In this document: positions 55,301 through 64,000 of the stretch, in pieces
Position numbering within the stretch: position 1 is the first letter of the stretch
How the letters are laid out: each line of letters opens with the position of its first letter
Origin: Tubulanus polymorphus
Lineage: Eukaryota > Animalia > Nemertea
Direction: 5' to 3'
Assembly: GCF_964204645.1 (NCBI RefSeq)
Contig: NC_134034.1
Location: 6,794,914-6,858,913, forward strand
DNA: 64,000 nucleotides
Notes under the pieces: model-generated
Told to the model about the DNA's origin: nothing
Database searches by the model: none
Seen by the model: the letters and a program-made list of their open reading frames with translations, nothing else
Program-made: the position numbers and the translations under genes

Positions 55301-56924
55301 TGGTTTTATCGCCCGCAACAATTCAATATTTTGGTTTTAACGCCCGCGACAATTCATTATTGTGGTTTTATCGCCCGCGACAATTCATTATTTTGGTTTT
55401 ATCGCCCGCGACAATTCATTATTTTTGTTTTGTCGCCCGTGACAATTCAATATTTTGGTTTTGTCACCCGCGACAATTCATAATTTTGGTTTTGTCACCC
55501 GTGGTTTTGTCGGAACATTAAGTTTTTGGTCGAACAGTGTGTTAAGGTTGTTTTGGAAATTTACTCGGTCTGGTATATTTTGGATTACTGTGTATGTCAT
55601 TTGTCAAGACATTAAACAGAAGACGACTTAGGATACTACCTTGCGTGACTCCACTAGTTAGACCGTCTCATTCCAAGATGAGGCGTTCCGTTGATTTCGG
55701 TTACAAGTTTCCGTTCAGAGATAACTGCTGTGCCATTTGGGCGACCTATCATTGATACTGTTTCCTAATAGCCTGTTCAGTAATGGCTGATGTTGAGTCT
55801 TATCAAATGCTTTGTTGAAATCCACCGTTGAACAGGATTCTAAGACTGTGCAGAAAACCCGTTATCGTTGCTTTGCAGCTATATTTATTATTATTTTCTT
55901 CCACACTATTTTTACCAAAAGAACATAGGCTTTGTTACCTTAACGCTGTTTCATATACAATCCATATAATATCGTTCAGCTCACTGAGATCTACAAATAG
56001 CCCGCGTGTTTTTTCACGAATCATCGTTACAAAAGCGCTGTCGTGCCGTAAACATCGAAAATTTAGCCCCATTCAATGGGGCGACATGTTTTTCGAGTCG
56101 TCATCCCGAAATCAACCCGCAGGCCGACTGTCACTTCGATTATCAATTCAAGTATAAATGTACTAATTTATTGCCGCAGACTTCAAATTCAGTCGCGGTC
56201 TTCAAACAGTGATTTTAACAATAGCCCATTTTCCTCATCAAATCATATTACCGATTCACTGGAAATTTACTACTTTAGATTTTAAAAGCACTTTCGAGCC
56301 GTAAACATCGACGAATCGACGTGTGTTACTACATCGTCGTTCCGGGTATCAGCTGCGAGTTTCTCCTCATCATGAGAATCAAATCGAGTACAAATTAATT
56401 TATTACTACCAGTGATTTGGCTGCGGGTTTCAAGGAGTTAGTTTAACAATACCTATTTTTCTTTACCGAATTAACCGTGTATTTACTAAGATAAATCATA
56501 AGTGTACCGGGGAGTCGTAGGCCTAAACTAAACACGCCGAAGAGATATAGCGGAGAAAAGCTGTTATGTCGACGAGGTATCAAAATAAAGAAATATATTA
56601 CTTTATTCGGCCGCGGCCCTCTATATCAATACCATCAATACTCTATATTTCCTACAGTACATACCGATCATTGTCGAATCCACAAGGTATTTACTAAATA
56701 CAAGTATATAACACACTCCTATCCGTATGCTGGACTCACACTTGACATTCGGAGTAAGCGTTCGCTGTGGGGGAAAGGAGATCGTTCGCTGTGTCGCTTG
56801 AAGTGTTTATCGAGTTTTACGCGACATTAAGGCTTTAGTATGGTGGCTGATAAGATAAAAAAAACACGAATATGCAAATGAGGGCGACATTACGACAAAA
56901 CTAAAATAACGCGAGAAAACAATG

Positions 56925-59900
56925 ATTTTGGTTTTGTCACACGTGACAATTCAATATTTTGGTTTATCGCCCGCGACAATTCATTATTTTGGTTTTGTCG
57001 CCCCGACAATCCTTTTTTTGCTTTTGTCGCCCGCGACAATTCATAAGTTTGGTTTTGTCGCCCGCGACAATTCAATATTTTGGTTTTGTCGCCCGCGACA
57101 ATTCAATATTTTGGTTTTATCGCCCGCGACAATTCATTGTTTTGGTTTTATCGCCCGCGACAATTCACCATTTTGGTTTTGTCGCCTGGACAATTCACCA
57201 TTTTGGTTTTGTCGCCCGCGACAATTCATTATTTTGGTTTTGTCGCCCCGACAATTCTTTTTTGGTTTTGTCGCCCGCGACAATTCATTAGTTATGTTTT
57301 GTCATCCGCGACAATTCAATATTTTGGTTTTATCGCCCACGACAATTCATTACTTTGGTTTTATCTCCAGCGACAATTCATTATTGTAGCTTTATATTTT
57401 GTTTTTGTCGCCCGCGACAATTTTTTTGTTTGTATTTTCGCCCGCGACAATTCAATATTTTGGTTTTATCGCCCGCGACAATTCAATATTTTGGTTTTAT
57501 CGCCTGCCATAATTCATTATTTTGGTTTTATCGCCTGCGACAATTCAATATTTTGTTTTAATCGCCCGTCACAATTCATTATTTTGTGGTTTTGTCGCCC
57601 GAGACCATTCATTATTTTGGTTTTATCGCCCGCGACAATTCATTATTTTGGTTTTGTCGCCTGAGACCATTCATTATTTTGGTTTTATCGCCCGAGACAA
57701 TTCAATATTTTGGTTTTATCACCCGCGACGATTCATTACTTTGGTTTTATCTCCAGCGACAATTCATTTTTTTGGTTTTGTCGCCCGTGACAATTCATTA
57801 TTTTGGTTTTGTCGCACGTGACAATTCAATATTTTGTTTTTGTCGCCCGAGACAATTCATTAGTTTGGTTTTATTGCCCGCGACAATTCATTATTTTGGT
57901 TTTGTCGCCCGCGACAATTCTTCTTTTTGGTTTTGTCGCCCACGACAATTCATTAGTTTGGTCTTTTCACCCGCGACAATTCAATATTTTGGTTTTGTCG
58001 CCCGTGAAAATTCAATATTTTGGTTTTATCGCCCACGACAATTCATTACTTTTTATCTCCAGCGACAATTCATTATTTTGGTTTTGTCGCCCGCGACAAT
58101 TCTTCTTTTTTGGTTTTGTCGCCTGCGACAATTCATTATTTTGGTTTTATATTTTGTTTTTGTCGCGCGCAACATTTTTTTTTGGTTTTGTTGCCCGCGA
58201 CAATTCATTATTTTGGTTTTATCGCCCGCGACAATTCAATATTTTGGTTTTATGGCCTGCGATAATTCATTATTTTGGTTTTATCGCCCGCGACAATTCA
58301 TTATTTTGGTTTTATCGCCCGCGACAATTCACCATTTTGGTTTTGTCGCCTGGACAATTCACCATTTTGGTTTTGTCGCCCGCGACAATTCATTATTTTG
58401 GTTTTGTCGCCCCGACAATTCATTAGTTTGGTCTTTTCACCCGCGACAATTCAATATTTTGGTTTTGTCGCCCGTGAAAATTCAATATTTTGGTTTTATC
58501 GCCCACGACAATTCATTACTTTTTATCTCCAGCGACAATTCATTATTTTGGTTTTGTCGCCCGCGACAATTCTTCTTTTTTGGTTTTGTCGCCTGCGACA
58601 ATTCATTATTTTGGTTTTGTCGCCCGCGACAATTCATTATTTTGGTTTTGTCGCCCCGACAATTCTTTTTTGGTTTTGTCGCCCGCGACAATTCATTAGT
58701 TATGTTTTGTCATCCGCGACAATTCAATATTTTGGTTTTATCGCCCACGACAATTCATTACTTTGGTTTTATCTCCAGCGACAATTCATTATTGTAGCTT
58801 TATATTTTGTTTTTGTCGCCCGCGACAATTTTTTTGTTTGTATTTTCGCCCGCGACAATTCAATATTTTGGTTTTATCGCCTGGACAATTCAATATTTTG
58901 GTTTTATCGCCTGCCATAATTCATTATTTTGGTTTTATCGCCTGCGACAATTCAATATTTTGTTTTAATCGCCCGTCACAATTCATTATTTTGTGGTTTT
59001 GTCGCCCGAGACCATTCATTATTTTGGTTTTATCGCCCGCGACAATTCATTATTTTGGTTTTGTCGCCTGAGACCATTCATTATTTTGGTTTTATCGCCC
59101 GAGACAATTCAATATTTTGGTTTTATCACCCGCGACAATTCATTACTTTGGTTTTATCTCCAGCGACAATTCATTTTTTTGGTTTTGTCGCCCGTGACAA
59201 TTCATTATTTTGGTTTTGTCGCACGTGACAATTCAATATTTTGTTTTTGTCGCCCGAGACAATTCATTAGTTTGGTTTTATTGCCCGCGACAATTCATTA
59301 TTTTGGTTTTGTCGCCCGCGACAATTCTTCTTTTTGGTTTTGTCGCCCACGACAATTCATTAGTTTGGTCTTTTCACCCGCGACAATTCAATATTTTGGT
59401 TTTGTCGCCCGTGAAAATTCAATATTTTGGTTTTATCGCCCACGACAATTCATTACTTTTTATCTCCAGCGACAATTCATTATTTTGGTTTTGTCGCCCG
59501 CGACAATTCTTCTTTTTTGGTTTTGTGGCCTGCGACAATTCATTATTTTGGTTTTATATTTTGTTTTTGTCGCGCGCAACATTTTTTTTTGGTTTTGTTG
59601 CCCGCGACAATTCATTATTTTGGTTTTATCGCCCGCGACAATTCAATATTTTGGTTTTATGGCCTGCGATAATTCATTATTTTGGTTTTATCGCCCGCGA
59701 CAATTCATTATTTTGGTTTTGCCGCCTGAGAAAATTCATTATTTTGGTTTTATCGCCCACGACAATTCATTATTTTTGTTTTATCGCCCGCGACAATTCA
59801 TTATTTTGGTTTTGTCGCCCGCGACAATTCACCATTTTGGTTTTGTCGCCCGCGACAATTCATTAGTTATGTTTTGTCATCCGCGACAATTCAATATTTT

Positions 59901-61697
59901 GGTTTTATCGCCCACGACAATTCATTACTTTGGTTTTATCTCCAGCGACAATTCATTATTGTAGCTTTATATTTTGTTTTTGTCGCCCGCGACAATTTTT
60001 TTGTTTGTATTTTCGCCCGCGACAATTCAATATTTTGGTTTTATCGCCTGGACAATTCAATATTTTGGTTTTATCGCCTGCCATAATTCATTATTTTGGT
60101 TTTATCGCCTGCGACAATTCAATATTTTGTTTTAATCGCCCGTCACAATTCATTATTTTGTGGTTTTGTCGCCCGAGACCATTCATTATTTTGGTTTTAT
60201 CGCCCGCGACAATTCATTATTTTGGTTTTGTCGCCTGAGACCATTCATTATTTTGGTTTTATCGCCCGAGACAATTCAATATTTTGGTTTTATCACCCGC
60301 GACAATTCATTACTTTGGTTTTATCTCCAGCGACAATTCATTTTTTTGGTTTTGTCGCCCGTGACAATTCATTATTTTGGTTTTGTCGCACGTGACAATT
60401 CAATATTTTGTTTTTGTCGCCCGAGACAATTCATTAGTTTGGTTTTATTGCCCGCGACAATTCATTATTTTGGTTTTGTCGCCCGCGACAATTCTTCTTT
60501 TTGGTTTTGTCGCCCACGACAATTCATTAGTTTGGTCTTTTCACCCGCGACAATTCAATATTTTGGTTTTGTCGCCCGTGAAAATTCAATATTTTGGTTT
60601 TATCGCCCACGACAATTCATTACTTTTTATCTCCAGCGACAATTCATTATTTTGGTTTTGTCGCCCGCGACAATTCTTCTTTTTTGGTTTTGTGGCCTGC
60701 GACAATTCATTATTTTGGTTTTATATTTTGTTTTTGTCGCGCGCAACATTTTTTTTTGGTTTTGTTGCCCGCGACAATTCATTATTTTGGTTTTATCGCC
60801 CGCGACAATTCAATATTTTGGTTTTATGGCCTGCGATAATTCATTATTTTGGTTTTATCGCCCGCGACAATTCATTATTTTGGTTTTGCCGCCTGAGAAA
60901 ATTCATTATTTTGGTTTTATCGCCCACGACAATTCATTATTTTTGTTTTATCGCCCGCGACAATTCATTATTTTGGTTTTGTCGCCCGCGACAATTCACC
61001 ATTTTGGTTTTGTCGCCCGCGACAATTCATTTTTTTTGATTTTGTCGCCCCGACAATTCTTTTTCTGGTTTTATCACCCGCGACAATTCATTACTTTGGT
61101 TTTATCTCCAGCGACAATTCATTATTTTGGTTTTGTCTCCCGCGACAATTCATTATTTTGGTTTTATATTTTGTTTTTGTCGCCCGCGACAATTCACTAT
61201 TTTGATTTTATATTTTGTTTTTGTCGCCCGCGACAATTCATTATTTTGGTTTTGTCGCACGAGACAATTCATTATTTTGGTTTTATCGCCCGCAACAATT
61301 CATTATTTTGGTTTTATCGCCCTCGACAATTCATTATTTTGGTTTTGTCGCACGAGACAATTCATTATTTTGGTTTTGTCGCACCTGACAATTCAATATT
61401 TTGTTTTTGTCGCCCGAGACAATTTATTATTTCGGTTTTATCGCCCGCGACAATTCAATATTTTTGTTTGATCGCCCGCGACAATTCATAGTTTGGTTTT
61501 ATCGCCCGCGACAATTCATTAGTCTGGTTTTGTCGCCCGCGACAATTCAATATTTTTGTTTTATCGCCCGCGACAATTCATATTTTTATCGCCCCCGACA
61601 ATTCATTAGTTTGGTTTTGTCGCCCGTGACAATTCAATATTTTGGTTTTATCACCCGCGACAATTCATTAGTTTGGTTTTGTCGCCCGCGACAATTC
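56925..61697 (+). repeat. 31-bp satellite block with ~1.17-1.41-kb higher-order repeats
   Basis: ORF offsets 1407 (57522/58929) and 1167 (58929/60096, 59427/60594). Confidence 0.95.
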
Positions 61698-63096
61698 TTT
61701 TTCAGTCCACTTGGGACTTTAGTCCCAGCGGGCTATTGCGTTCACTTTTCGTCCGTCCATCCATCCATAGACGGAATCCAGTTATTTCGGGAAGTTTTGA
61801 AGACGCTTCAAGGTAATGTCTTGATATTTGGTTTATACATGTATCTACCCTAGACACATCGTCAGCCCAAAAACTGGCCCTGTCAGATTCAAGATGGTCG
61901 ACTGGCAACCATTGTTGTTTGCCAAAATCAGCACTTTTTAAACATTTTCGAAGTTTTCGTGGGAAATTTTGAAGACGCTTTGATCAATTACCTTGATCTT
62001 TCGTTTATATTTGAATCTACCAAAGGCCCATCAGCATAAGAAAATTGGGTCGATCTGACTCAAGATGGCCGTCCTATGACCTTTTTAGTGCCCAAAAATG
62101 TCAATTTTGGCCAGAATTCTAGGTCCTGTAGCGTCCTACTGGTTTGCCAATTCTCATTGCAATTGCTGATGGGTATTCTTTAGAGAGGGATGTTTTATAC
62201 CTGGGACAGGTTTTTTGATCAGCCAATTATGACGCAATTGGCGGCCATCTTGGTGTCATCATTACACATTCGTAGGTGGGAAAAAGTTTTTCCACATTAA
62301 ATTGATACCTAAGCATATTGTGTTACTATATTCAATTGGAAAGTTGTAGCCCATAACGTGCTCTATGATTTTGGTGAGTTTCAAGGTCATTGGTTTTTGT
62401 ATGTGGCCATCAGGGGGCGTTGAATAATACAATAACTTAGTATCGCTATATTATATTTGTACCAAGGCATATTTTGTTACCATGATCAATTGCAAAGTTG
62501 TAGTTCATGACATCTTCTATGATTGTGGTGAGTTTTTAAGGACATTAGTTATTCCATATAGATACCAGGGGGCGTTGAATAGTAGAAAAGCTTAGTTTTT
62601 CCTTATTAGATTGGTACCTAGGCATAGTTTGTTACCATTATCCATTGCAAAGTTGTAGTTCATGACATCGTCTATGATTGTGGTGAGCTTTTAAGGACAT
62701 TAGTTATTCCATATAGTCACAAGGGGGGGCTGAATAGTAGAATGGCTTAGTATTTCCTTATTAGATTGGTACCTAGGCATATTTTGTTACTATGATCAAT
62801 TGCAAAGTTGTATTTCATTACATGTACTACGATTGTGGTGAGTTTTAAGGTCATTGGGTTTTGCATATGGTCACCAGGGGGCGTTGAATAGTAGAATAAC
62901 TTAGTATTTCCATATTAAATTGGTAACGAGGCATATTTTGTTATCACAATCAATTACAAAATCAAAGCTGCTCACATGTTCTATGATTGTGGTGGTTTTC
63001 AAGGTCATTGGTTTTTGTATATGGTCACTAGAGGGCGTTATGTATTGAAATCGTTAGATTGTTGGATGGAGCATGGTGTCCCTGGACCCCTAGTTT
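61698..63096 (+). mobile_element. HINE-A complete copy
   Basis: Both termini, five repeats; short satellite to ~63370. Confidence 0.85.
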
Positions 63097-64000
63097 GGTT
63101 TTGTCGCCCTCGACAATTCATTATTTTGGTTTTGTCGCACGCAACAATTCAATATATTGTTTTTGCCGTCCGCGACAATTCATTACTTTGGTTTTATCGC
63201 CCGCGACAATTCATTATTGTGGTTTTATCTCCCGCGAAAATTCATTATTTTGGTTTTATCGCCCGCGACAATTCATTATTTTTGTTTTGTCGCTCGTGAC
63301 AATTCAATATTTTGGTTTTGTCACCCGCGACAATTCATAATTTTGGTTTTGTCGCCCGTGGTTTTGTCGGAACATTAAGTTTTTTGGTCGAACAGTGTGT
63401 TAAGGTCGTTTTGGAAATTTACTCGGTCTGGTATATTTTGGATTACTGTGTATGTCATTTGTCAGGACATTAAACAGAACACGACTTAGGATACTACCTT
63501 GCGTTACTCCACTAGTTAGACCGTCTCATTCCAAGATGAGGCGTTCCGTTGATTTCGGTTACAAGTTTCCGTTCAGAGATAACTGCTGAGCCATTTGGGC
63601 GACCTATCATTGATACTGTTTCCTAATAGCCTGTTTAGAATGGCTGATGTTGAGCCTTATCAAATGCTTTGTTGAAATCCACCGTTGAACAGGATTCTAA
63701 GACTGTGCAGAAAACCCGTTATCGCTGCTTTGCAGCTATATTTATTTATTTTTTTTCCCTTTTCCACATAGTTTTTGTTAAAAGTGTAAAGGCTTCCTTA
63801 CCTTACCGCTGTCGCCGATACAATCCGTATGATATCCTTCAGCTCACTTCAATCTCCAGATACTGCATGGGAATTTTGATAAATCCACGTTATTGTAACC
63901 GGGTGAACTTGTAGGGGAAACCGTTCTCCAGAACCCCGAAATCGATCGGTTGCTGTCATTCGATAGAGGAAAAAAGGCCGGTCACATTATAAAGGCACTG

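Larger units (their letters stand above)
27554..63743 (+). mobile_element. Head-to-tail array of six giant composite HINE-B units (junctions ~33454, 38364, 42868, 53628, 55886)
   Basis: 5' hairpin tagggttttctg..cagaaaacccta + (ATT)n; each unit ends cagaaaacccgttatc-gctgctttgcagc-tatattt (subTIR + stem-loop, minor variants). Confidence 0.75.

Noticed and set aside
28921-61697. CRISPR-like palindromic 31-bp repeats
   Set aside because: Repeats are contiguous with no unique spacers, no cas genes, eukaryotic context
28869-63378. Dozens of long ORFs (VLSPATIHYFGF...)
   Set aside because: The 31-bp monomer lacks plus-strand stops and cycles through all three frames; no coding evidence

Overview
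AT-rich, intron-containing animal DNA (probably a marine invertebrate; inferred from repeat style), not prokaryotic. 1-14 kb: three minus-strand coding exons of a chondroitin polymerizing factor (CHPF-like) gene. Its ~10.5-kb intron holds Helentron-type non-autonomous elements (HINE-A, ~154-bp internal repeats). One HINE-A copy is split by a full-length but decayed DIRS1-type tyrosine-recombinase retrotransposon (2563-9952; ITRs, ICR, gag, RT/RH/MT, YR), which is itself hit by three MITEs. 14-27.5 kb: MITEs, LINE fragments and simple repeats. 27.5-63.7 kb: six head-to-tail units (2.3-10.8 kb) of a giant composite element with Helentron/HINE-type termini (HINE-B). It carries a palindromic 31-bp satellite with local higher-order repeats, nested HINE-A copies and a decayed CR1/L2-like RT fragment. 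Nearly all ORFs in the track after 28.8 kb are satellite artefacts. All calls were made by eye and coordinates inside repeats are approximate.
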